In this document: piece after piece, positions 7,346-16,754 of the stretch
Layout: every line of letters begins with the position of its first letter
How positions within the stretch are numbered: the stretch's first letter is position 1
From: Candidatus Bilamarchaeum sp.
GTDB taxonomy: Archaea; Micrarchaeota; Micrarchaeia; Anstonellales; Bilamarchaeaceae
DNA length: 64,000 nucleotides
Assembly: GCA_035455205.1 (NCBI GenBank)
Contig: DATIFM010000008.1
Location: 110,545 to 174,544, forward strand
Reading direction: 5' to 3'
Translations under genes and position numbers: made by a program
The notes under the pieces: generated by a model
The model's database searches: none
What the model was told of the DNA's origin: nothing
The model's input: only the letters and a program-made list of their open reading frames with translations

Positions 7346-10232
7346 CCTTGTTGAATGCTGCTTTCAAGTCCTCTATGGAATCGTTGATTATTACCTGCTC
7401 GCCGCGCTTTATGAGGAAGCGCTTGTCCCCGCGGACGCGGCCGGCCTTCCGGCACACCGTGCCTTCCATGAGCTTCTCGAACTTTTCGGCCTTCTCAGGC
7501 GCGACGCTCACGACGAAGCGGCCGGGAGACTCGCAGAACAGCAGCGCGTCCTCGCTCTCCGTGCCGGAGGGAACCTGGTCGAGGTCGAGCTCTGCGCCAA
7601 ATCCGAGGCCGAGGGCGGATTCGGCAAATGCCACCGCGAGGCCGCCGTCAGAGACGTCATGGGCGGACGCGACCAGGCCTTCCTCGATGGCCTTGGAGAG
7701 CGCCTTGTATACGGGTATGTGCTCCTCGGGGTGGAGGTGGGGCAATTCGTTCCCGGTGCCGCTGAATAGCTTGTAGAACTCGCTTCCACCGAGCTCCCCG
7801 CGGCTGGTGCCGAGCACGTAAATAATGTCGCCCGGGTTCTTGAACTCAGAGCTCCTCGCGAGGTGAACATTGTCTATCTTTCCGATGACCGAGATGAGGA
7901 GGGTCGGGAGTATCGAGTATTTCCTTCCGCCCGAGTAGTAGTCGTTCTTCATGCTGTCCTTGCCGGAGATTATCGGGATGCCGTAGTTCGTCGCGCAGTC
8001 GTAGACCGCGATGCACGAGCGCACCAGGGCGCCGAGCTTCTGCTCGCCGTCGGGGTTCTTCTCGGACCTGACCGGGTCAGGCCACGAGAAATTGTCGAGG
8101 CAGGCGAGGTACCCGAATTTCGCGCCGGCTGCGACCGCGTTCCTCACGGCCTCGTCGAATGCGAGGGCCGCCATCGCGTATGCGTCCTGCCGGTAGCGGG
8201 GGCAGATGCCGTGCGCCACGACGAGGCCCTCTTCGGAATTCAGGGAAGGCCGAATCACTGCCGCATCGGAGGGGCCGGCCATCAGGGGCTTTATCACGCT
8301 CTGGCCCTTCACCTCGTGGTCGTAGCGGCGTATCACGTCCTCTTTCGTCGTGATGTTGGGGGCCGAAAGGAGGCGCCGGAGGACGTCGCGCGGGTCAATC
8401 TGCCCAATAGAGGGCTCCGGATAGATGAGCTTCTTCCATGACGCCTTGAGCCGGAGCTGCGGGACGCCCTCATGGAGGAACCCGAGGTCGAGGAACGCAA
8501 CGGTCTGTCCGTTGTAGAGGCAGTGGAATTTGCCGGACTTGGTGAATTTTCCCACTGCGCTCGCCTCCACGCCGTGGATTTTGGCCAGTTTGAGAAGCTC
8601 TTCGAGCTTCTCGGGCCGGACTGCGATTGTCATTCTTTCCTGCGACTCTGAAACGAGTATCTCCCACGGGTCGAGGCCGGGGTATTTGAGCGGGGCCTTT
8701 TCGAGGTAAATCTCGCAGCCCCCCGAGAGCTGGGCGAGTTCGCCGATGCTCGAGGAAAGCCCGCCCGCGCCATTATCGGTTATCGCCTCATAGAGGAGCG
8801 AGTCGCGGGCCTCGATGATGAAGTCGAGGGCCTTCTTCTGCGTTATCGGGTCGCCTATCTGCACGACGCTCTGCGGGACCGACGAGTCTATCTGCATCGA
8901 CGAGAACGTCGCGCCGTGGATGCCGTCCTTGCCTATCCTGCCGCCGACCATCACCGCGATGAATCCCGGCTCGATAGTCTTTTCGGCAGTCCTCCGGCCG
9001 CGTATCACGGAAGGCATGATGCCGATGGTGCCGCAATACACGAGGGGGCGGCAGGTGAACTCCCTCTCGAATGTTATCGAGCCGTTCACCGTGGGTATGC
9101 CCATCTTGTTGCCGCCGTGCTCGATTCCCTTCACGACCCCCTCGTAGATGACCGACGGGTGGAGGACTCCCTTGGGGAACTCCTTCGGGTCGGCATCGAG
9201 GAGGCCGAAGCAGAGCATGTCCATGTTCGCGATGGGGTTCGCGCCGAGGCCTGTCCCGAGGACGTCGCGCTGAACGCCAAGGACGCCCGTGAGCGCTCCG
9301 CCGTAGGGGTCGAGGGCGGATGGCGCGTTGTGCGTCTCGACCTTTATCGCTATGTCGAACTCGTGGTTGAACTTGATTATGCCGCCGTTGTCCTTGAACA
9401 CGCTGACCACGTAGGGCTTCTTCACGCGCTCGGTCGCGCCCCGGATGAAAGTCCTGAACAGCGAGTCGATGGCGTGGCGCTCGCCCTCCTCGTCATAGGT
9501 TATCTGCGCGTTGAATATCTTGTGCTTGCAGTGCTCGCTCCAGGTCTGTGCGATGGCCTCGAGCTCCACGTCGGTTATCTTGTTGTCCAGGCCCGCTTTC
9601 GCGCGCTCGGCGAGCACTTTCTCGTCCTTGAAGTGGTTCTTTATCGCGCTGAACTCGTCCCACGACAGCGAGAGGAGCTTCTCCTTCGCGAACGACTCGA
9701 AGCGCTCCCTGCCGAGGTGGAGGCTGATTTTCGTGACCGCGGGCTCGTGGACTATGTTGACGCGCGGGAGGTAGGGGGCGGTATCCTGCCCGGGGGGGTA
9801 GACTTTGAATTTCTCGACAAGCGGGTTGTGCAGCATGCCGGCTATCCGCTCGCAGTCGAGCTCGTCGAGCTTGCCCGAGAGCGCGAACATCCGGGAATAG
9901 TAGACTTCGGTGTCGCGGCCGAGGCGGTCGCGGACAGCCTCCTTCGCGGTATTGCCGACATTGTCCGTGACGCCGGGGAGCATACCTATCTCGATGCGCC
10001 ACCTGTCGCGGAAGAGAGGCTCGCGGAACGAGAAATCCTGCGTTATGCCGTCCGCGAACACTTCGGAGCCGAGGGACTCCAGGTCGGCGTCGGAAAGTTT
10101 TTCGGAGAAGTTGTAGGCCTCGACGAAGCGGCAGGACGCGCTCAGCCCGGCCTTCACGAGGCGCGCGGCGAGCTGGTCCCCTGCTACGTCCTTGAGATGG
10201 CTTTTCGTGGCCAGTTCCAGCCTTTGTTCCAT
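7329..10232 (-). CDS. purL: Phosphoribosylformylglycinamidine synthase subunit PurL (long form with N-terminal PurS-like extension)
   Basis: QTWSEHCKHKIF, KVETHNAPSALDPYGGALTG, GRIGKDGIHGATFSS, DNGAGGLSSS, SESQERM, SGKDSMKN, HDVSDGGL. Start placed at MEQRLEL (10232). Confidence 0.93.
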   Translation of the reverse strand: MEQRLELATKSHLKDVAGDQLAARLVKAGLSASCRFVEAYNFSEKLSDADLESLGSEVFADGITQDFSFREPLFRDRWRIEIGMLPGVTDNVGNTAKEAVRDRLGRDTEVYYSRMFALSGKLDELDCERIAGMLHNPLVEKFKVYPPGQDTAPYLPRVNIVHEPAVTKISLHLGRERFESFAKEKLLSLSWDEFSAIKNHFKDEKVLAERAKAGLDNKITDVELEAIAQTWSEHCKHKIFNAQITYDEEGERHAIDSLFRTFIRGATERVKKPYVVSVFKDNGGIIKFNHEFDIAIKVETHNAPSALDPYGGALTGVLGVQRDVLGTGLGANPIANMDMLCFGLLDADPKEFPKGVLHPSVIYEGVVKGIEHGGNKMGIPTVNGSITFEREFTCRPLVYCGTIGIMPSVIRGRRTAEKTIEPGFIAVMVGGRIGKDGIHGATFSSMQIDSSVPQSVVQIGDPITQKKALDFIIEARDSLLYEAITDNGAGGLSSSIGELAQLSGGCEIYLEKAPLKYPGLDPWEILVSESQERMTIAVRPEKLEELLKLAKIHGVEASAVGKFTKSGKFHCLYNGQTVAFLDLGFLHEGVPQLRLKASWKKLIYPEPSIGQIDPRDVLRRLLSAPNITTKEDVIRRYDHEVKGQSVIKPLMAGPSDAAVIRPSLNSEEGLVVAHGICPRYRQDAYAMAALAFDEAVRNAVAAGAKFGYLACLDNFSWPDPVRSEKNPDGEQKLGALVRSCIAVYDCATNYGIPIISGKDSMKNDYYSGGRKYSILPTLLISVIGKIDNVHLARSSEFKNPGDIIYVLGTSRGELGGSEFYKLFSGTGNELPHLHPEEHIPVYKALSKAIEEGLVASAHDVSDGGLAVAFAESALGLGFGAELDLDQVPSGTESEDALLFCESPGRFVVSVAPEKAEKFEKLMEGTVCRKAGRVRGDKRFLIKRGEQVIINDSIEDLKAAFNKGVKIA

Positions 10233-10311
10233 TAGCACCACCGAATAGGAATCCCTATCGGAATGAAGGATTTTATAGCTACCAGTGTGCCGGGTTGGCA
10301 GGGGGAGCGGC

Positions 10312-11070
10312 TCAGCGCTGGACGGTTTTGCTCCTGCCGTTCGGAAGGAGCTCAAGGAAATCATCCGGGTGAAGCGAGAAGCGCTTCGCGAGAGACTTCG
10401 CGAGCGCCCCCTTGTCCTTTCCCGCCGCCGACGGAATGATGACGAGCTCGTCCTTCAATGGCTTTTTGGAAATATCGGGAAGGATTTCAATCCCCTTTTC
10501 CCCGAGCCCGATGCGGAGGGCGAGGGCGGTGGACCGGAACCATTTGCGCTCGCCGAGGATTGCGAAAGCGCCCGCGGGGACGAAGCCCCCCGAGACGTTT
10601 TTCGTGAGCTGGTCTTTTTTCACGCAATAGACGTCCACCCCCGCGTTGCCGTTCTTCCACGCGTTGGAGAACGAGGCCGCGAACTGCGCCGCTTCGGGCA
10701 GTTCGTCCTCGCCCGCTGCGAGGCCGTCCTTGAGGACGACAACGGCGCCGCCCTGTATGTCGGCATGGAAAAACAGGTCCCTCTCGTCCATATGCTTCGA
10801 GACAAGGAAATCGTTCTGCTGGGCGCTCCGTCCGCCGAGCATGAGACGCCCGCCCGCGGTGTACGCGAAATGGAATTTCTCGAACCACTCCTTCTGCCGC
10901 TTCACGCGGACGTCCTTCTTTTCGGTTTTTTTCGCCTGCTCCATCTCTTTTTCGGTTTCCTTCATCGCCTTTTTCGCGCCTTCAATCTTCTCGCGGCTCT
11001 CTTTTGCGAGCCCATAGTAGTATGCGGCATTGTCATGGACGGAGCGTTCGTAGAAGAGCTTGATGCGCAT
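10312..11070 (-). CDS. NFACT-R domain protein (C-terminal part of the archaeal Rqc2/RqcH family)
   Basis: NAAYYYGLAKESREK coiled coil, KEWFEKFH, LGGRSAQQND, FHADIQGGAVVVLK, AAQFAASFSNAWK; the N-terminal NFACT-N/HhH domains are absent. Confidence 0.75.
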   Translation of the reverse strand: MRIKLFYERSVHDNAAYYYGLAKESREKIEGAKKAMKETEKEMEQAKKTEKKDVRVKRQKEWFEKFHFAYTAGGRLMLGGRSAQQNDFLVSKHMDERDLFFHADIQGGAVVVLKDGLAAGEDELPEAAQFAASFSNAWKNGNAGVDVYCVKKDQLTKNVSGGFVPAGAFAILGERKWFRSTALALRIGLGEKGIEILPDISKKPLKDELVIIPSAAGKDKGALAKSLAKRFSLHPDDFLELLPNGRSKTVQR

Positions 11071-11106
11071 GGTATGGAAACGGATTGAACATATTAAAAT
11101 GCGGAG

Positions 11107-12543
11107 CTAGCGCCGGGAATAGATATCGAAGCGCCCGATTTTCGCCTCGGGGCGGTAAGTCTTTGAAAGCTCGGCCATGACCTTGGCGTCCTTTGCCCCG
11201 TTCGGGTCGATGATGACGTATTTCGGGGTTTTCGCGCGCAGTTTTCCGAAGAGGAGCGCGTCGAGCTCGGCAGGCGAATAGTAGGAAACGTTCTCTTCCG
11301 AAGGCGCGAACCAGAGCGCGGGGGAAGCGGGCTCCCTCCCGGAATAGTAATAGAACACAGGCATCAGCTCGTATGCGAGAATCGTGTCGTTAGCGCCGGT
11401 GTTGGAGTCGATGAACGAAACGACGCCATCGAACTCCTCGCGCGTCAGGTCGGTGCCTTCCGAGTTCTGGCCCGGGATTGGGCCGTAAAGCCATGCCGAG
11501 AAGAGGAGGACTGGAATCGTGACGGCAGCGAACGCGATGGCAAAAACCGGCGGCGAAAGGATTGCGAATTCCAGCCCGATTTTCCCGCGCTCCACAAGAG
11601 CGCCCAATTTCGCCATCATGAGTGAGAGCGCAACCGACGCCAGGGGCAGGAACATCAGGAGCAGCGAGTTGTAAACGCCCACGGCACTCAGGAGCCAGAG
11701 GATGAGCGCCGCAAAAAGCGGGAGGAAAAGCGCGCCGAAGGCCGCGCCCTGCCCGAGCTTCCCGAAATATGCGATGAAGAATACCGAGCACGCAAGGCAG
11801 ATCAGCCCCAGGGGGAATGTCAGGAGGCCAGCGAGGACCGCGAGGAATGGGAATTGCCCGGCGAGCTGGCCTGCGACGCCGGAAGGCTTGAGGATAGACA
11901 CATGAATGTAGTCATCCAGCCGGAAGATGCCGGCCTGCAGCATGAGGAGGAAAACGCACAGCATGGCCAGGAGGCCGGAGGCGAGGCATGCGAGCGGCGC
12001 CTTACGCTTGGGAACAAGATAGAGAAGCGGGAGGATGAGTATACCGATGCTCGGCTTTATCAGGACGGCGTAGCCGAGCGCGAGGCCGGCGCCGGCCCAC
12101 AGCCGCTCATCATGTTTGCTTTCGATTATGGAATACGCCATCGCCGAGAGGGAAAGCGCGATGAACAGCTCGGAGCGGAGCTCGAAGGCTTCTGTGAAGG
12201 GGTCGAGGGCGAGGAAAAAGAAGATGGCGCATGCGATGAGCGCGGCCTGCCTCCCGAAGCACCGCATCGCAGACAGGTAGGTGAGGAGGGCGCAGAGAAC
12301 GGTGATCGCAAGGGCAATCAGGCGGAGCGCGGCGAGCGATTTCCCCGCGATGAGCACGGCCGGCACGAGGGAAAGATAGAGCATGGGCCCCTTGTTGTCG
12401 AGGTAGTCCGAGTAGATGCGCTTGCCCTCCAAAAGCCCCCTGGCCGCGGTGAGGTGGCCGCCGACGTCGTCGTCTGGGGGGAACGAAAGGTAAGGAACGG
12501 AAAGCAGGAGGAAAAAAAGCGCGAGGGGGATGAATCCTTTCAT
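11107..12543 (-). CDS. GT-C fold membrane glycosyltransferase (ArnT/PMT, GT39/GT83-like), paralog 1
   Basis: Multi-TM protein; first-loop acidic motif PPDDDVG, YSDYLDNKGPMLY, IKPS; C-terminal soluble domain. Confidence 0.75.
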   Translation of the reverse strand: MKGFIPLALFFLLLSVPYLSFPPDDDVGGHLTAARGLLEGKRIYSDYLDNKGPMLYLSLVPAVLIAGKSLAALRLIALAITVLCALLTYLSAMRCFGRQAALIACAIFFFLALDPFTEAFELRSELFIALSLSAMAYSIIESKHDERLWAGAGLALGYAVLIKPSIGILILPLLYLVPKRKAPLACLASGLLAMLCVFLLMLQAGIFRLDDYIHVSILKPSGVAGQLAGQFPFLAVLAGLLTFPLGLICLACSVFFIAYFGKLGQGAAFGALFLPLFAALILWLLSAVGVYNSLLLMFLPLASVALSLMMAKLGALVERGKIGLEFAILSPPVFAIAFAAVTIPVLLFSAWLYGPIPGQNSEGTDLTREEFDGVVSFIDSNTGANDTILAYELMPVFYYYSGREPASPALWFAPSEENVSYYSPAELDALLFGKLRAKTPKYVIIDPNGAKDAKVMAELSKTYRPEAKIGRFDIYSRR

Positions 12544-12560
12544 GCTTTTCGCTCCGCAGG

Positions 12561-13646
12561 CTACTTGGCCGGAGTCTTGAAATACTGGACTATCGCCTTG
12601 TCAGGGTAAGTGAATATGGAGGTCAATGCGTAGCAGTTCGTCCAGCACTTGGCGCAGTTCAGGTTCTTCGCGTTCTTCGCCGCTTCGGAGAATTTCTTGC
12701 CCGAGAGTATCTTCTTTATCGAGTCGGTCTTGATGTTGGCCGCCCCGAGCATGAGGAAGCAGGGGGAGACGTTTCCGTAGGGGTCTATCGTGATGACGTT
12801 CGTCCCTGCCCCGCAGGGTATCGGCGTCTGCCGGTTCTTCAGGTAGTGCTGGGCGAGGCGGAGGAATATCTTCTCCACTATGAATTCCAGCGACTTCGGG
12901 ACGTACGCCTTCTCCACGTCCTTCATCGCGGCGCCTATCTGCACGTATGCGGCCTCCTTCTGCTCCTTCGTGCGGGTGTCGTTCGAGTAGTACATGCTCG
13001 AGAAAAGCGAGAACGATATGACGCCCGTCTTTTTCCCGAACTCGTGGTTGCGGATGTAATCCGCGGCCTTCGAGGAGTTGCCGTCATGCACCGTGCATTC
13101 GAGCTCCACCTCGATGTCGCTCTCCCTGAGCGCCCGGTATACCTGCACCACGCGGTCGTAGTTGCCGGGCACTCCTCGGATGTCGTCGTGCGTCTCCTTG
13201 TCGCCGTCCAGCGAGAGGACTATCTTGAGGTTAGGGACGAACTCCGAAATCTCCCGGGCCTGGGATATCAGCTTTTCCGGAGTGAGGGCGTTGGAGTTTA
13301 TCGTGACGAGAGAGATGCCGGGGTTGTGCTTCTTCGCTGCCCGGATTATGTCAATGAAGTCGGGCCTCAAAGTAGGCTCCCCGCCGGATACCGCGAGCCA
13401 CTCCAGGGAGCCTCCGTAGTCCCTGAAGAGCCTCTCGTAGTCCTCGAGCCGCACCTCGTCGCGCAGGCCCTCGGGGTCGTCTATGTATTTCTTCCAGATG
13501 AAGCAGTTCTTGCACCGCGAATTGCACCGGTTCGTGAGGAGCAGCTGGAGCTTCGGGGGGAGGCCGGCAGGCGAAAACCTCCTGTAGAGATATTTAGGCA
13601 GCGAAAGTATAAGCCGTGCCTTATCGATTAGCCGTCGTGTTTTCAT
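12561..13646 (-). CDS. Radical SAM protein with SPASM/twitch auxiliary cluster domain
   Basis: LTNRCNSRCKNCFIW (CxxxCxxC), SGGEPTLR, SLDG..THDDIRG, CGAGTNVITIDPYGNVSPC, CAKCWTNC. Confidence 0.9.
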   Translation of the reverse strand: MKTRRLIDKARLILSLPKYLYRRFSPAGLPPKLQLLLTNRCNSRCKNCFIWKKYIDDPEGLRDEVRLEDYERLFRDYGGSLEWLAVSGGEPTLRPDFIDIIRAAKKHNPGISLVTINSNALTPEKLISQAREISEFVPNLKIVLSLDGDKETHDDIRGVPGNYDRVVQVYRALRESDIEVELECTVHDGNSSKAADYIRNHEFGKKTGVISFSLFSSMYYSNDTRTKEQKEAAYVQIGAAMKDVEKAYVPKSLEFIVEKIFLRLAQHYLKNRQTPIPCGAGTNVITIDPYGNVSPCFLMLGAANIKTDSIKKILSGKKFSEAAKNAKNLNCAKCWTNCYALTSIFTYPDKAIVQYFKTPAK

Positions 13647-15111
13647 CCTTCGGTACTCCCTCTCTTCTGGAGTAAATTGTTATTCGCCCTATTTTTAATT
13701 CATGCGCGTAGTCGGCAGATATCCGGTCCACCACCCACTGGTCCTTTTCGCTGTAGGTGTCGAAAATCACGTATTTCGGTATCCTCTCCTCGGTGTAGCG
13801 GAAGAGAAGGGCCTGAAGCTCGTCCGGGGAGTAGTAGGATATCTTGTCGTCGATGGGCGCGAACCAGAGCGCCGCCGATGCTGGCGGGCGGCCCGAGTAG
13901 TAATAGAAGGATGGCATGAGGGCGAAGACGAGGATGCTGTCGTTCGCGCCCGTGTTTGCCGAGAGGAACGAGAGCGTCCCCCCGAACTCGCCGCTCGTGA
14001 GGTCGGTGTCCTCGGCGTTCAGGCCCGGGACCTGCCCGTACAAAAAGGAGGAGCCGACAGAAACGGCGAGGGATATTATCACATAGAGGAAGACGAAGAC
14101 AGACGCCGAATTCAGGATGAATTTCAGTCCGGCAGGCTTTTCATGGAATGATTCGAGTTCCTTCAGGGCGAGGCAGGCAATGAGGGGGACGAGGGGGAGG
14201 AAAATCAGGAGGAGGGCGTTGTATATCCCGATAGCGCTCAGGGCCCCAAAGAGAAGGGCGATGAACAGCGTGGCGAAGAATGCGCAGAATACCCGGGCCT
14301 CATGGCCGAGCGCCCTGAACGAGGCCGCAGTGTGGAGGAAGCAGAGGATGCACAGCATGCCCATCGGGAAAGTGATGAGCGAAAGGGGAATCCAAAGGAG
14401 CGGCGGGAGGGCGGTATTGACCGCTACCTGCTGCGCGAAAAGCGAGGGCTTCACTATCGTGGCATCCACGTAATCGCCAAGGCTGAAGAGCCCGAGCTGG
14501 AGGGCAATGACGAACGCCGCGGCGGCTACGGCGAGGCCGGCGATGAGGAAGATGGCGGGCCGGGCTTTTTTCGGGATGAAGAGGGCGATTGGGATAAGCA
14601 GGATGAGCATGCTCGGCTTTATCAGGACGGCGTAGCCGAGCGCGAGGCCGACTCCGGCCCAGAGGCTCCCGCGCCCGTCCCTCCGGCTTTCCAGTATCAG
14701 GGAAATCATCGCGCACATTGCAAGGCCGATGAACAATTCGGCCCGGAACTCGAATGCCTCGGTCAGCGGGTCGAGTGCGAGCAGGAAGAAGAGGGCGGCG
14801 GAAATCAGCGCGTCGCGAGGGCCGAAGTTCCGCTTCACGGTGAGGTAAAGGAGGAAGGCGTAGCCGATGTCGAGCGCGAGGGCGAGGAGGCGGAGGCCCA
14901 GGAGGGAGGTGCCTGCGAGGATGACTACGGGCACGAGGGAAATATAGAGCATCGGCCCCTTGTTGTCGAGGTAGTCTGAATACAGCTTCTTTCCCTCCAG
15001 AATGCCCTTGGCCATCATCAGGTGCGAGCCCACGTCGTCATCGGGTGGGAAGGAGAGATAGGGCACGCAAAGCAGGAGGAAGAGCAGGGCGCACAAGAAG
15101 AACTCTCGCAT
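13621..15111 (-). CDS. GT-C fold membrane glycosyltransferase (ArnT/PMT-like), paralog 2
   Basis: Close paralog of 11107-12543 (LSFPPDDDVG.HL..A.G.LEGK..YSDYLDNKGPMLY; FYYYSGR.PAS.ALWFAP). Confidence 0.75.
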   Translation of the reverse strand: MREFFLCALLFLLLCVPYLSFPPDDDVGSHLMMAKGILEGKKLYSDYLDNKGPMLYISLVPVVILAGTSLLGLRLLALALDIGYAFLLYLTVKRNFGPRDALISAALFFLLALDPLTEAFEFRAELFIGLAMCAMISLILESRRDGRGSLWAGVGLALGYAVLIKPSMLILLIPIALFIPKKARPAIFLIAGLAVAAAAFVIALQLGLFSLGDYVDATIVKPSLFAQQVAVNTALPPLLWIPLSLITFPMGMLCILCFLHTAASFRALGHEARVFCAFFATLFIALLFGALSAIGIYNALLLIFLPLVPLIACLALKELESFHEKPAGLKFILNSASVFVFLYVIISLAVSVGSSFLYGQVPGLNAEDTDLTSGEFGGTLSFLSANTGANDSILVFALMPSFYYYSGRPPASAALWFAPIDDKISYYSPDELQALLFRYTEERIPKYVIFDTYSEKDQWVVDRISADYAHELKIGRITIYSRREGVPKDENTTANR

Positions 15112-15164
15112 ATGATGAAGGGATTTCCAGACGGATTATAAAAAGGGAACGCAGAGATTCGTCC

Positions 15165-16106
15165 ATGAGGGTCAGGGGAATAGACGTTTTCCGGGGCTTC
15201 AGCATACTGCTGATGGTCTTCTTCACGCTGATACTCGGCCTGAGCAGCAGCCTCCCGGACGCGCTAAGCCACAACAAGGAATTTTCACTCCATATCGGGG
15301 ATTTCGTGCTCCCGATGTTCCTTTTCGCGAGCGGCATGTCGCTAGTGTTCTTCAGGGAGAAGATTGCGCACCTCAATGCGGTCCAGCGGCTCTTTTTCGT
15401 GGCCGAGAGGTTCTGCAGGATTGCGGCAGTCTGGTTCTTCCTCTCGCCTTTCACGAGCGGCGAGGTCTTCGGAATGGACGAGCTGATGCTGAGCGCGGTT
15501 TTGTTCATACCGGCATACGTGCTCGCGGGCTTCGGCGACATGGTGCTCGCCGGGGCGTCCGCCGCATGCTTTGCCGGCTATTTCATCCTGGCAGGGAGCG
15601 GCGCGCTCCCGAATTTCAGCGCGCACTACCTCGGGGGATTCGAAGGGGCGGCATTCTACCTGCCGGTGATGCTCGGCGGCGTCCTTGCCGGAAGGCGCCT
15701 CGAGCTGCTTCCCCAGCTCCTTGCAGCGTCCGGCATTGCCGCAGTGGCGCTCCTTCTTTTATCCGCTCCGTACAAGCTCTCGCTCACGCCGTCATTCATG
15801 GCGCTCTCGGTCTTCGTTTCCATCGCGGCATACATGACGCTGGAGAGGCAGAGGAGCGGCAAGCTCGAGTTCCTCGGCCGCGACCCGCTGCGCTACTGGG
15901 TCCTGATGGTGGTGCTTGTTTTCGTCCCCCTGAAGGTGTATGCGTATTACGCGGGCATCCTGCTGCCCCTCGGAATGGACTGGCCGGTTGCGATCCTCGC
16001 GGCGGCATCCGTGATGGCGGGGCTGTTCCTGATCTCGCTTGGCCTTGACAGGCTCGTCGCGGCAGTCATGCGCCTGCGGAAGTCAGCCAAAGCGGATTCG
16101 CCATAG
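15165..16106 (+). CDS. Heparan-alpha-glucosaminide N-acetyltransferase-like (HGSNAT/DUF1624-like) membrane acyltransferase
   Basis: N-terminal RVRGIDVFRGFSILLMVF, HxxxxxxHIGDFVLPMFLFASGMSL; polytopic. Start placed at 15165. Confidence 0.7.
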   Translation: MRVRGIDVFRGFSILLMVFFTLILGLSSSLPDALSHNKEFSLHIGDFVLPMFLFASGMSLVFFREKIAHLNAVQRLFFVAERFCRIAAVWFFLSPFTSGEVFGMDELMLSAVLFIPAYVLAGFGDMVLAGASAACFAGYFILAGSGALPNFSAHYLGGFEGAAFYLPVMLGGVLAGRRLELLPQLLAASGIAAVALLLLSAPYKLSLTPSFMALSVFVSIAAYMTLERQRSGKLEFLGRDPLRYWVLMVVLVFVPLKVYAYYAGILLPLGMDWPVAILAAASVMAGLFLISLGLDRLVAAVMRLRKSAKADSP

Positions 16107-16754
16107 GTCTGCAATGAAACGGAGGATTTCAGCGGTGCCCAGCTTGGTCTTTCCGGCCCGCCGGTCGGTGAATATATACGGGACCTCGCCGATGCGCATT
16201 CCCGGATTGTCGAAAATTATGTTCAGGAGGAGCTTGTAGCCCTTGGTCCGGAAGCGCGTCCTCTGGAAGACTTCCCTCCTCACTGCAAAAAGGCCGCTCA
16301 GGGGGTCGCTGGTTTTTTTCCCGACGGCCAGCCTCGCGAGGAGCTCGGCGCCCCGCGATATCAGCTTCCGGTGGAGGGGCCACCGCTCGACGCCGCCCCC
16401 CCTGGCCATACGGCTTCCGACGACAAGGTCGCAGGATGCGAGGGCGGCTTCAAGCTCGGGGACCTTTGCCGGCGGGTGCGAGAGGTCAGCGTCCATCACG
16501 AGGATGTTCTGGCCGCCGGATGCCTCCACCCCGGCCACGACTGCGCTTGTGAGGCCGAGCTTCCCGGGCCTCTCCACAAGCCGCACATTGGGGTATTTCT
16601 TGGCAAGCAGGCGGATTTCCGATGCCGTCCCGTCCGGGGAGGCATCGTCAACGAAGACGATTTCGCAGCCCTTAGAGGCAGAGAGGATTGATTCGACGAG
16701 CGGCCGGATATTCTCCCGCTCGTTGTATGTCGGGATAACAATCGAAAGCATCAC
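16083..16754 (-). CDS. Polyprenol-monophosphomannose synthase-like GT2 glycosyltransferase
   Basis: SIVIPTYNERENI, VDDASPDGT, RPGKLGLTSA, VMDADLSHPP, DLVVGSR, DPLSGLFA. Confidence 0.88.
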   Translation of the reverse strand: MMLSIVIPTYNERENIRPLVESILSASKGCEIVFVDDASPDGTASEIRLLAKKYPNVRLVERPGKLGLTSAVVAGVEASGGQNILVMDADLSHPPAKVPELEAALASCDLVVGSRMARGGGVERWPLHRKLISRGAELLARLAVGKKTSDPLSGLFAVRREVFQRTRFRTKGYKLLLNIIFDNPGMRIGEVPYIFTDRRAGKTKLGTAEILRFIADLWRIRFG

